Part shown: positions 23,035 through 36,562 of the stretch, piece by piece
Layout of the letters: every line of letters starts with the position of its first letter
Position numbering within the stretch: position 1 is the first letter of the stretch
NCBI GenBank assembly: GCA_964247055.1
Contig: OZ176056.1
Span: 3,224,001-3,288,000, forward strand
DNA from: Paragordius varius
Taxonomy: Eukaryota; Animalia; Nematomorpha
Length of the DNA stretch: 64,000 nt
Direction: 5' to 3'
Notes under the pieces: model-generated
Databases searched by the model: none
The model's input: the letters and a program-made list of their open reading frames with translations, nothing else
What the model was told of the DNA's origin: nothing
Position numbers and translations under genes: made by a program

Positions 23035-24904
23035 TTTATTGACAGGTTTTGCGGTTTTTTGACATTTTTATTAGCCAAAATTAAAAAATTGCTAAATCCG
23101 AGCACAAAGAGTTAAATTAATGGATAAATGATTTAGAATTTTATAAAATTCAACTAAGAATATATATAATAAATTTTTGGGGTAAAAAAACTGTTTTAAT
23201 TCAAAATTAAATATCTCAATTTTAAAAAAACATTTCTTTACATAATTATGTTATAACGCTGTTTTCTGCATACAATTTTTTTAAAAAATCTATTCTTAAT
23301 TCAGTTTCAAATTTTAATTGAGCTTAAACAGGATTTATTTTAAAATTACAAATTGAGATCCTAGCATTTCATCCGCCTTAAATTAGAAAGTATTTTATTA
23401 CAAACTTCCGATTCATAAAATACCTTATTAATTAATTGGAAATCATTTAATATTAAACTTTTTTGAACAAAACCTATTTTTATCCCTATTACATAAATTA
23501 ACTAAACTAGGCATAGTATGGGGCATAAAGGGGTGTATACATGCCACAAAATCCAATTTTTATAAGAAAATCGATTTTAAAAAATTTAAAAAGTTGTTAT
23601 TAAGAAAATAATTTAATACATATACATTTTCACATATTTTGTTTTTAAATAAAAATATTTCGATTCTAAAATCTATACTCATAGAAATATATGAAAAAAT
23701 ATTTATTTTAAACTATTATCCTATTTATTCAAAATATATTATTTATTTTAAAATAATAAATTATTAAATTTAATTCAATTCCCCCTTGGCATTTTATGAA
23801 GCCTAAACCTAGTTAGCTAATATTTTATTTTTTTTAGTTTTATAAATTTTAATTTTCATGTTAAGATCTTAATTACTAAATTTGGCCTTTTATAATTATA
23901 TTATTAATATTTTTACATTAGATATATTACAAAAATAATGTTTAAAATTTACACATTCTAAAGATCGAATATTTCATAAAATAAAATTATTTAAAATATG
24001 ATCTATCAACTGTTGTATTGAGCAAAAAAAATTACCTTGACTCGTTATATTTAAGCAAATCTTTATGCAGAAATTAATTTATATTCCAAACATATCAAAT
24101 AACCATTGCATAAAAAAATAGATATTATTTTAATTTTAAATAAATATTTTTTAGAAAATTGAATACAGATATCAAAATATTTTTTAACATAAATTTATTG
24201 TAAGAAGTATCAAAGGTGTGTTTTGCATTGTTTAAATAGTTTTAAGTTTTAATTTTACTAAAAAAATTTTTTGTCATTTCTTTTAAATAAACATGAGGAT
24301 GTTCTGTCTAAGTTTTTATTTATATTATAAAAAAGAAATAATAATTAATTTTTAGATGTATATCTTTTATACTACAAAATAGGTAATAAGTAATGCTAAC
24401 ATCTTATATTGGAAAATTTCGTTTTTTTTTATCAATAAAAATCTTTAAAAATCTTATGTATTGGTGACACAGTTTTTTGTTGTTTGTCTTTGTGTTGCAA
24501 AACTTATATTTTTCCTTAAATATAAGGAAATGGAAAAATTAATTTTGAAAAGAAGGTAGGAAGAGAAAAAAAAGGTAAATTTTAAAAATTATTTTTTAAA
24601 CAAATTGAAAAGTTACAAAAATTTTTTGTATCTGATCTTGAAATTTTAATTACTATTCTTATTCAATAATTTTAAATGAGCGAATATTATCAAGATGGAT
24701 CCTAGACTTTTCTTACAAAGTATGTTTTTAAATTTTTTTTTAGATATAATATAATTTTGTAGAGAATATTATAATCTAGATAGAAATATATAATTATGAA
24801 AAGAATTTAAAATTACGAAATTTTGTAATATATTCCAAGATTTGTCCTTTATCTTATTAAAAATCACTCAATCAGTTTTTAATTTTTTATTAGTATTCTA
24901 AATA

Positions 24905-25174
24905 TACCATTTACAGTTAAATTCACCCTTAAACAATTCAAATCTACCCTAATAAATTAAGTGTTTTTCGTGATTAAAAATTACCTATATTTTTTATATT
25001 TAATTAATGATATTTCGTTTAAATATAATACTGAAAAAATTATGCTATAAAAATATATTTCTTATTAAAGATGATTATATTAGCCCGAAACAAATAATTT
25101 ATTTTTAGGGTGAATTTATATTGTTCAAGGGTGAATTCAAATTGTTCGAGGGTGAATTTGAGTTGTAAATGATA
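24905..25174. mobile_element. 21-bp-repeat foldback element (copy B)
   Basis: TACCATTTACAG ... TGTAAATGATA ends with inverted AAATTCACCCTTGAACAATT units. Confidence 0.8.
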
Positions 25175-25888
25175 TATTATAATGCAAGATTATAAAATTA
25201 TCATCGAGATCGAAAATTTTTTTGGAAACAAAATTTTTGTAAAGTTAAGTTTACTTGAATTATTTTATGCAGTTATATAATCCTGAAATTATAATAGAAT
25301 TGAAAATTGGCATATTTATAATTTAATTGTTCGTAGGCCAGGTCAGAACTTATTTTTGATTATTTGTGGACATTTTTATAGCCCGTCTTTAAAGAATTAG
25401 TTATCATTCATTTTTCCCATTTTTATTTAGATGAAAATTGACATTTTACCCATACTTTAGAATTCGATTCATTCGAAAATAATTGTTTGAAACTAGTATC
25501 TATTTTAAACCCGAATGTGTCAAAAAACATATAATTTATTTTACTTAATATTTTCAAACAGATTTTGTCTTTAGTGATTTACTTGAAATATGCATATATA
25601 CAATTTTTTCTGTTTAATACATCCTTTAAATAATTGCTTTTAGGTGTTTTAAGGCTATTTAATTTCCGCTAAATGCCATTTGTCTTAATTAATTAGGGCT
25701 TATGGAATAATTATTAATTAAAATTATAATAATAAAAATTTTAATTTTGAATTATTTGTTTTTTAATGAATTTCTAACAAATTGTATAATAAAACTTTAA
25801 CAAATTTCATCTGCCAAATAAATGAGGAAGTTATAAAAATATTTTAGCCTTGATGCCTTCAATATTTTATGTCCATAGAATCATCATA

Positions 25889-26147
25889 TACCATTTACGA
25901 TTCAAATTCACTCTTGAACAATTTAAATTTACTCTAAAAATAAATTATGTGTTTTTGGGCTAATATAACATATGAAATATATCTTTAAGGCATAGTTATT
26001 ATTTTTTAAATATTATTTTAATTTTAAACAAATTTCATTTTGTTAAAAATATAGGCAATTTTAAACTTGAAAACGATTTGTTTTTGGACGAATTTCATTT
26101 GTTCAAAATTTAAATTGTGTTAGGGTGAATTTGACATGTAAATGGTA
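25889..26147. mobile_element. 21-bp-repeat foldback element (copy C)
   Basis: TACCATTTACG ... TGTAAATGGTA ends. Same internal 'aaaataaattatgtgttttt' block as the other copies. Confidence 0.8.
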
Positions 26148-28100
26148 TAGTTAGGTTCTTTAAACAGACTTATTTGAGATATAATTTTATACTAAAATTT
26201 AACAATAAAAATTGTCTACTACTGAAATTGGACAATTAACAAATAAAATTTTTTGTTTTATGAACTTAATCCCTTTTTTCAACCCCCTTTGTGATTTTAA
26301 AATATCAAAACTTATGCATGAGTTTTATTGCAGTTTAAATTCCCTTATTTTTGACAAGTAAATACTATTTTCCCACTGACATATTGGAGAAAGCACACAT
26401 TTATACCAATAACATTTATCCTTTAAATCAAAATCACTCTAAAATACTTTGGAATTGGCCTTTATCACTATAAACAGGTGCGCATTCAATATTGATCTTT
26501 GCAACTTTAATCTAAAACATTTCAATACAATTTCAAATTCACCCTGATATATTTTCACCTCTATTTTGTTAATTATAAATTTTTTTAAAAAATATAGTTA
26601 ATTTTTATTGTAGTGCCTTTTTTGCATATACTAATTCACACTTCATTTATTATTATTTTTTTTGCAGACGACATTTTGGGATAGAAGCTAAATTCAAATA
26701 AACTATGGTTTTAAAAGTTGTTACGAATAAAAATTAATTATCTAACATATATTTGTTTTTGATTTTTAACGATTGAAACATACAGGTGATTTCAAAATCA
26801 ATAAATATTAAGATTCTTCTGCTAAAATATAATGATAAAGCTAACTATATTATTTAATTTTAAATTATAATTAGTTATTGTTGTATTAATCAATAAAAAT
26901 TCAAAAATATTGAGAAAAATTTTAGATAAGTATTTTTTATTATTAAAAATTCTTATATGATGGACCATGAGCCCAAAAAAAGTAAAGACATTAATTAAAT
27001 TGGTTCTTAAAAATTAAATCAAATTTGAAATCGCTGTGGACAAAACTATCTTAAAAACTTATGAATTTAATAAAATATATTATATATTTAATTAGATAAA
27101 TTATATTTTACAAACTAGAGTAAAACAATCCAATTAAAACCCCAGAAATTCAAAATATGTGTAGAAATGTTAAGTATATGAAAAAACTAACTTTAAACTC
27201 TACATGCCTTTTGGGGTAGGTTTATATCGCAGAGCGATTTGAAATTTGAATATCTTTTAAAGATTAAAAGGTTTTAAGCCAAATTTAAAAATATGCTTTC
27301 TTTAGCCTTTTCGGCGCATTACACAATGAAATACTTTAAAATATGTAAAATTGTAAAAAATCCTTATTTCAAATTTTTCCGCTTTCCTGTAATGCAACAG
27401 GCAAATAAATATATTTTATGGTTAGAATATGTAAATAATTAACTTTAAAAAAGCTTTGGAATTCCAACAAAATTTTTGATCCTAATATCAGCTGTTCATT
27501 TCACTCGTGTTTTGGGGCTCCAATTTTAAACTATAGAAGCTACAAAACTGTAAAGCTTTTTTATCTAACTACTTTCAAAACTGTGGTTTATTTTCAAAAT
27601 TAATCTCTGGGATATAAATCTATTCCAATATGTCAACTAAGAGAAAAAAGTGAAAAAGTCATAGTGTTAAGAAACTCGGACTAATGTTATCCGTTATTAC
27701 CCCCAAAATACAAAATATGGGTAGATATGTTTATGAAAAAAACGGATTTAAATTTCAAACTCAATAAGGGCGAATTCGAAGTATAAAAAATATTTTTTGA
27801 AAAAAAAATAAAAATTTATATGTTTTACCATAAATAAATGTTCAATTATAAATTTTAGGTTTTAATGGTACACATGTGGTAATTACAGTTTTGGTATTAT
27901 TTGGCACAATGCTGCCCCTACGGAAATGGTAGGAGTTTTTTTGTACAGAATTTAATATTTCGACTTTGAGCATTGAAATATTTTTTAAGTATTTTAAAAT
28001 ATATTCAATCGATCATTGCTGGTTACATCGTTCTATGTAAAACAAAGCGCGTAATTATATAAAATTTAAAAGCTAACATTTCTTATGAAAATATAGTTTC

Positions 28101-28132
<32 letters not shown>

Positions 28133-28142
28133 ATATATATAT
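28101..28142. repeat. (TA)n microsatellite
   Basis: Directly visible. Confidence 0.95.
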
Positions 28143-29218
28143 CTTGCAAAGTATAAAATCACATCGAAATTTGGTCTTTTTAGCTATTAATATCGTTTTT
28201 TATCATATAATTTAAATTTGAACTCATACTAGACATGCCGCTATCTGTTTATGTTCCATTATTTATCATATATCATATAACTAACCATTTTTAAAGCTTT
28301 ATATTAACAGGATTTGGTTTTGTGTTATCCGTTCAGCGTTTCATTATTCAGAAAAAGGGTAAACTTAGCTGTAAAAAATTAATTTTCTTCTTCAAAGGAA
28401 AAAAAAGTTTAGGAATTAAACTATTGATTTTAAAATTATTTTTACTTATGAAAAAATTGCAATTTCGTATTTAATATTTCTAAAATCAAACCAAAATCAT
28501 ACCAATTAATTAATTGTTAATATAAATGCTTCTTGGAGTTCATACCCTTAATGATAATAATTGTTCAACAAATTTAATAAATTATCTGTTTATCATTTAT
28601 TTTTTAGAATAAAATAAAATGAAATTATAATATAAATTATTTGTTAGCCGACGTTGAATGAAATGATTAAATTTGAAAAATATAATTTTTTTGGTTTTTG
28701 ATGTTATTATTTGTAAAGTTTTTATGTTAAGTGTGATTAAAAATTAAAAATAAAAATAGTTTTGTTCCGCCACATATGGAATTTTATTGTGACCCGCTCA
28801 AGTTTTTTTGAATAATTTATACTAGTTTACTTAACGATAATAATTTCACCCAATACTATTTCTTAACTAAATATATATGATATATCAATTTATTTTCTAA
28901 AGCCATTTTTAACATTCGTTTGATTCCACAAATACTTTGCATAAAATATATATCAGCTGAAAAAGGCTCGCAAAGTTTCAGATCTATTTTTATTATAAAG
29001 TCGCCCTATTAAACAAACAATGGGTTGTTTTTTATTCCAATATGTAATTGGATTCGATAAGAAAGCAAGAATTTAAGTTATGCCAACAAAGTATTAGACT
29101 TTTAGGGTAAAATTTACCCTCAGTTGAAATTAATCACAAATACACCAATGATAGGATTAAGTAAATATGTGAATCTTTGTAACTTCATAATATTAATAAA
29201 TATTTTTTTCAAATATTA

Positions 29219-29659
29219 TACCATTTACACAAATTCAAATTTACTCTTGAACAATTCAAATTCACCCTTGAACAATTCAAATTTACCCTTGATTAATTTC
29301 ACCCTAAAAATAAATTATGTGTTTTCGGGCTAATATACCTCATTATTAATAAGAAATTTATTCTTATATAGTTTATTATTTTTTCAGAATATTACATTAA
29401 TTTTAAACTTATTAATTTCATTTTTTAAACATATAAAAAAATATAGGTAATTTTTATTCTTATAAAACACAAAATATATTTTAGTGTGTAGTTTAAGGGT
29501 GAATTTGAATTAAGGGTGAGTTTGCATTGTTCAAGAGTGAATTCGATTTGTTTAAATGTAAATTTAAATTGTTTGAGGGTGAATTTGAATTTCTTAAGGG
29601 TCATTTAGAATTGTTCAAGGGTGAATTTGAATTGTTTAAGGTTTGAACTTTAAATGACA
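29219..29659. mobile_element. 21-bp-repeat foldback element (copy D, expanded right array)
   Basis: TACCATTTACA left end with about 4 units. About 7 inverted units at 29495-29645. Confidence 0.8.
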
Positions 29660-31707
29660 TATATAATTTTGTATTTCCTTGCTAAACATATATTTACACA
29701 ACTATCCTAAGTTAATGATTTTCCGAAAACTATTATGATAACTTAAATGGATTCGACATATACAAGTGCTATAATTTTGCACTCTTTTAAAACATTACTA
29801 AATGAATTAATTTCCTGTGTTTAGATTTTATGGCAAAAATTAGATTTTCGTAAACTAACATTTTTAATTAACCCTAATAAAAAAGATAACCATTTTTTAA
29901 TAATAATTATCATATCTAATTATCTTAATTTTTATCCTTAAATATACCATTGAAATAAATCATAGATGATTACTTTTTTAATTTTTTTATTTTTTCCTCT
30001 ATATTTTTTACATTATTAATTTTGTAATATTTCTACCAACTTATTATTTTAAAAAAAATTTGAGCTTGAACTGTTCAGTGTAAATTTGAGTTGTTTTTTA
30101 GTTTAAGCTATACAAAATTAAATAGCTTGTCATCAAATATAAAATCTTTAGAATCAAAAAATTATAATTTGAAGTCGTTTTTACTAAATAAAACCTACTA
30201 CCTTTTCTCACTTCCAATAACAAAAGATCTAAACTTATGTCATACGCTCACGACAACACTCTAATTTGTTAATTTACTTAAAAAATATTTTAACAAATCA
30301 ATGTTTATCAATACTTAAAACATCTACAAATCGTTTTAATACAAAAAAAGCGTCTTTTATGAAAAAAAAGCATTTTTAGCATAAAAATTGGCATCGATGT
30401 GTTTTATAATTTTTGCATTCCTCAAATCTGTTCAATCTTCATTATGTTAGCTATTATTGAATATTTAATAAAATGACAAAATAATTTATTAATATTATAT
30501 ATATATATATATATATTTCTATTATAAAATGGTTATATTTTGTTTAAAATTGCATTTTTTACCTGCATTTTGTTTTTAATTCCATTTCCCTTTCGTCCTG
30601 CTTTTTATGTCAATAGAGCAATCATTGTATAATACATTTAATTTCACTTCAATTAATAAGCTTTGATTAAATTATTTTAAAATACTAATTTTTTACATTT
30701 AATATTTTAAAATACTAAAATTTAATTAATTTTTGTCATTCTACAATCAATCGAAAGGTTTTGAGTTTGATTAAATTTTTATATTTTTAAACAAAGATCT
30801 CTCTTCTTTTCTTTTTTTATAAATTATTTTTTACATTTATCTATATATATGTGATTAGCTAAATTTATAACCATATAATTCGTTTATACATATTAATTAT
30901 TACCATAACTTTAAATTGAGAAAAAAATTGTTATATTTATTTGGAAAAAAATTCTGAAATCACAAGTACATATACATTATTAAATTTTAAGAATTTATTA
31001 ATTATAATTATATATATATATATATATATAAACTTTAAAAATTACTAAAAAAATTTAAAAATGTTAATTTTTTTTTAATTGTAATGTAAAAGGAGGTAAT
31101 TAATTAGCATAGAACGCTTGTGCCATCTGTTAACAAATTGCGCATAAAAAAATTTATTAAATTAAATATTAAATTAAAACACAGGTATTTATATTATATC
31201 CCTACCTGTGTACGGAATCCAATGCTATATTTTTATCGATTAAATTCTTATTGAGTTGTTGAAATTTTAAGATTATTTTTTATATTAGAGAATTTAGGGG
31301 CCAGCCTATTAAACTAATTTTTTATACAAAATGGATTGACTGATCATATAAAGAAAAATTAAAGGATCAAATTTCCTAGAAGAATGGAAAGAAAAACGAA
31401 TTGAATATAATTATAAATTTTCAAAATCTGTAAGGCGCCTAAAATTTATTAAAATATTATTAAAAATAAAATGAATATTAAAAATATTAAATAAAATACT
31501 TTACAAGATATCATCAATTATAGGATTTAAATATTGCCAATTAACATATAGTTATTTCACTACCTTTGGGGTAGTTTTATACCCCATAGCAATTTAAATA
31601 TAAAAAGTTTTATGTTATGATAATGGGCTAAGTTTATAAATGTGAAACCCATACCTGACTTTTATCCGCCAATTTTTTTGGAAATTTTTAAATCCTTAAA
31701 AAAGCTA

Positions 31708-31929
31708 CAGAGGCGTATTTAGCATTTTTGGCGCCTAATGCATAACCTTTGCATTTTTTAAAAAATACTCAAATTTAAACTGTGGTCATGACCACTCATA
31801 AATGGTGATTTTTTATGTATTATTTAAAATAATAATTTTAAAATTTATTTTCATGAATATAAAAACTGGCGTCTTCAACTATGGCGCCCGGTGGATCAGC
31901 CCCTTTTGTCCTCTCTAGCTAAGCCACTT
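31708..31929. mobile_element. Degenerate hAT-like MITE
   Basis: CAGAGGCGTATTTAG ... CTAGCTAAGCCACTT are imperfect inverted ends. Flanks AAAAGCTA/AAAAGGTG. Confidence 0.4.
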
Positions 31930-31958
31930 AAAAGGTGGCATATATATATATATATATA

Positions 31959-32188
31959 CAGATATGTATCCTTTATTTTATCAAAAATTTATTTTTTCTT
32001 TCGTTAAATGGGTATAAATATTTGGTAAAGAATGGAAAAACAAGAGCTCTATGCTAATTCTTATACTTTTTTGATGAATATGATATTGTTAATACCATAG
32101 AGCTCTTGTTTTTTTCTATTCTTTAACAAATATTTATACCCATTTAATGAAAGAAAAACTTTTTGATAAAATAAAGGATACATGACTG
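31959..32188. mobile_element. TA-flanked palindromic MITE (Tc1/mariner-type) with ~95-bp TIRs
   Basis: TA-CAGATATGTATCCTTTATTTTATCAAAAA...CAAGAGCTCTATG is mirrored by CATAGAGCTCTTG...TTTTTGATAAAATAAAGGATACATGACTG-TA. Confidence 0.85.
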
Positions 32189-35100
32189 TATATTATAGAA
32201 ATCAATCGAACATCAAGATAATATAATTTCAAAATCATCTGTTTGTTTTACAAGTGAATATGTGTTCTATCCTAAATTCTTAAAAATTGAGAAAACTTTG
32301 AAAACTGTTAAAAGTTTATGAGCGATTTGGTTATTTACCCTCCATAGTTGCTACAAACATACATTTTTTTTCCAACTAAATTGCTCTTTCTCCTAACATG
32401 CCTAAATAGGATCATATGTTTTTGCCTTTGTTCATTCGCCTTTCTAGTCGTTTAATTGCGTTTAGACTATTTTAAAGACACAGATTAACAAATAAATTAC
32501 GCGTTTTTTTTAACGCATTTATTATTGTTGGACCTAATGTGTACAAATGCGTTTTTTTAAAAATTTTGGATATCAGTAATGTTAAAATTTTTAGTTTCTA
32601 GTACACCGCCATTTATCATTTCGGTATTGAATAAAATTTGTATGATTCATAAACAAATTTAATTTTTGGTGTGCGCAGTGTAATGTGTTTTTTAATTATT
32701 TTCCAATTTTCAATTATTTTTACTGATAAATATTTTTTAATTAAATTTTCTTCGGTAAAAACTAAAGAAAGTTATATTTCAATATTCTTTCAAATATAAA
32801 GTTAATTACCTATTAACCGTCTATTTTTTCAATGTATTACCCCATATAATAAAATTATAAATTTTATAAAAAATTATATAGTTATATTAAATTAAATTAT
32901 AATTTTTATATGCTACTTTAGGTTAATACCCTAATTTTTTTATAATTTTTTTTAATGTAAAAATTTAAAAATTATCTTTTTTATGTGTGGGAAGATTCAC
33001 ATAAATTTGTAATAAACCACAAATTATTTTAACATTTTTTTTTCATTTTATTACCAAATGATTTTGATTTAAATTTTGGAAAAAATAAATATAATATTAT
33101 AATATTATGTGCGAAATTCTTAAACAATCAACAACTTGGCATCTGTTTTTACATCTAAATTCCCCAATTGTGGTATCTTCATATATTATTATAAAATTTT
33201 TATTTAATTTTTATTTGAAATTATATAATTTTCATTTGAATTATAAAAGAAAAAAGATAAAAATAATGTAATTATAGTTTAAAATGCATATCTGAGTTTA
33301 CGTTACCTATATTTAAGTTTTTTTAGTTTAGTTTTTATTTTTCATATTTTTAACATATTTTAATATTTTTTTTCTAAGAAATATGTATAAATGGGAATTA
33401 AATGGTCTAAAAATGATTGAAAATTTAAATTTTAATTTTATTAAATATTTTAAATTCAAAGCGGTGCAAAATGGCAAAACCATATTTAAGTTAATTTACG
33501 TATATTCACTCTCCTCACATATAATTTTGATAAAATTATACTAAATTAGTAGAGTACATCTTTTCTAGTATATATAATATATAATTTTCAAAATATTTGA
33601 ATATAAAAATGATATATATATATATATATATTTTGTGAAAACATCTTTTAAAACCATTTAACAATAATTTTAATTTTTAATGAAATATATATTTTATACT
33701 CAAGCTAGATAAAATATATCTGTGCATCATTCCTAAAATCCCAAAAGATTAATTTTGTGCGAATATCGTATAATTTATTTTACTATTAAAATCGACTTTT
33801 ATTATCTGATATCTATTGGCCCAATTTTTTTTCCATATTAATATATTCTATTTTTTTCTATAAAGGAAAATGATATTTCAAATAACTTTAAAGTTAAAGC
33901 AAAAATGAATTCACGGAAAAAATATTAATTAAATTTTCTCCTTTGTTATTGTTACAGGTTTTGTTGAAATCCATTTATTTTTTAATATAATTATTTTTCA
34001 CCTTTATTTGCTTTTGTGTTTCAAAAAAATAAACTTTTAAATGCAGAATAATAATTTAATTGTGTAAATGTAATGTGTGTTAATTATATTTTTACCTGTT
34101 TAAAATATATTTGAAATAAAATTAATTTTAATATTCCTTGGTTTTTTCATAATCAATGAAACTAAAAAAATACAAAAATTCGATTCTTATTCGATTGCTG
34201 TACGCGCCACCGCCAGAAAGTATGCCATTATTTTGAAATATTTTAAACTTCCAAAGTATCTATGCTTAAACCTAGTTCTTATAGTTTATACTTTTTATGA
34301 CTTATATCGGAAATATCCTGATTACATTTTCTTAGGGTAAAACATGGAATAGATATGCTCTGTTACAGTAAAAACTATAATTATACAGACAAAATGTAAA
34401 ACATAAAAACAATTTTTTATTCAAAAGACCGCTAGACCTTTTCAAACCGTGTTTTTTAAACTATTTATACAATTATAATATATGTATATAATTGGGGTTT
34501 GCCAATTAACATTCCTTATTCTGCAATCTTAAACGATAGTTAGCTGAATAAAATTAAGGTTTAAAAAATATGGCAGACGAAAAAAATTTCCTTGAATTTC
34601 TACATTTGTCTATCTATATATTATTGTAAACTCTAACAACAGTTTTCATAAACTCTGTATTTAAATTATATGCTCCATTATAATTATATATAGAAATTTA
34701 TTTTATTTGATTATTTAAATAATTTAATTTAAGTTAAATAAAATATTATTAACGGTCAAAAGGCCATTTAGCCAAAATGAATGCATGCTAGTCATATGAA
34801 AAAACTAATCCTATATTTTTAAAAATCATTTTAATTTTTAAATGTAGTGTGTACTCTTCTGAAATATTTCTTAAATATAATTTTATTATTAAATGTAAAA
34901 AATTTAGGGTGATTAAAAAAAACAGTTATATAATGGTGAATTGGTTTTTATTTTACCCTTAGATATTATTTTAGATGATATGCCACAATAGTTTGATTTT
35001 CGCCATTAATTTCCTTTTATTGAAAATTTGAGGTGGCATTAATTATGATTATGTTTAAAATATTTGAATTACTAGTCCAAAAAAGATAAAATCTTTATAT

Positions 35101-36562
35101 TTTTAAATCATTTAATTGGAAAATTTATTTAATTTAATCTTATTTACTCAATCTTAACAATATCCAAGGTCGGAAAAATTTTATTTCTAAGCCCACGTTT
35201 TCTAACGATTTTTATTTTCTAACAATAAAATTCGATTCCGTGTTGGGATCCCTTTTCAATATTTTCCAATTTTTAAAAAAATGAATGAATACTAAACTAG
35301 ATTTTTAGAATTTTATTTCTATAAAGTATATATTATGCACCTATATACACAATTATCTTATTATATTAAATTTTCATAACAATATAAAAGATGAGGGATC
35401 TACTATGTAACTCAATCATATCAAATTACTTGCAATTAAATAATTACTTATGAAACACGCTATATTAAAAAACCTATTTTATTTCTATAAAAAATTACTT
35501 CAACCGTGTGAATAAAAAATATTATAAATAAAATAAATTATAGAAATTGACCTTAACATAAAAAACCACAATATGATTTTCTTTGTTTATATATTCGGAC
35601 AGTTGTTTTGCTTAAAAAACGTAAACGAAATTTTCTAAATAATAAATTATTTTAAATTGGATATTAACATATTGAAGATGATAAATACTTTTTTATTTAA
35701 TTAAAAAATCTTTTAATTATACATTTTTCTTTTAGTTTTTTAAAAAATATGCACAGCTAATAATATACATATTTATATATAGGCTAAAGTTTTTTATCAT
35801 ATAGTTTCAATTAATGTTTTTGTGTTTTAATACTTATAGAAATAAAGTATGGTTAAAACTATACAATGCATAAAAACGGATTAATTATTATATATAAAAA
35901 AATGTATGTAAGTATATATCTAATTTATAATGATAAAATAATTCTAAAATTCCAATTTTTATGTTAAGAAAAAAAATATGATTTCTGCATATTTTTATGT
36001 AGCTGTATAATTCTGCCGTTCATCAGTTTGTAAATGATTAATATTAAAAAAATGTAAAATTTGAAAAAAAAATTTTTTATAATTACAAACAATGTATTGA
36101 TATATGTTTATATATTTATAAATGTATTTAAATTACATTTTCATTATGCATTCATATATAACAATGGATATTGGAAAAAAGAATTATTTTTTTCGCTTTA
36201 TACTCTCTACCTAAAACTAAACCAATAATCATTTTCTGTGCTGTATTTTATAATTCTTATGTATAGGGAATTTTTTAGAAATATTTTTTATAACTAAGTT
36301 TTAATTTAAAAAAGCGCGTGAATTTGCGTTTTAAATCCTGTTCATAGACCACTACAAGGCTAAATTTTGTTTTCATTTCTTAAAACAAACAGAAAAAGTT
36401 GTTTTGTCCATACTTATTTAGATCATTATTATACAATAACTTTGTCGCCTTTTTTTGTATAGTTTAAAACATATACTTTTTATTTCGCTTATTGAGATTA
36501 CAACATTTTGATTTTATTTTTTCTTTGTTCTCTGCTCTATATTAATCAATGCTGTATTCTAG

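Noticed and set aside
27859-28370. Exon-like segments (27859-27930 with a hydrophobic stretch; 28311-28370 readable as GFGFVLS, PDZ-loop-like)
   Set aside because: Splice signals are plausible, but the reading frame is ambiguous and I could not chain them to 36563 or any gene. Left unresolved.
29945-30100. Possible further decayed foldback copies (also ~26529) and MITE relics at ~23500-23815, 27200-27720, 31560-31680
   Set aside because: Only partial motifs; ends and TSDs could not be defined.
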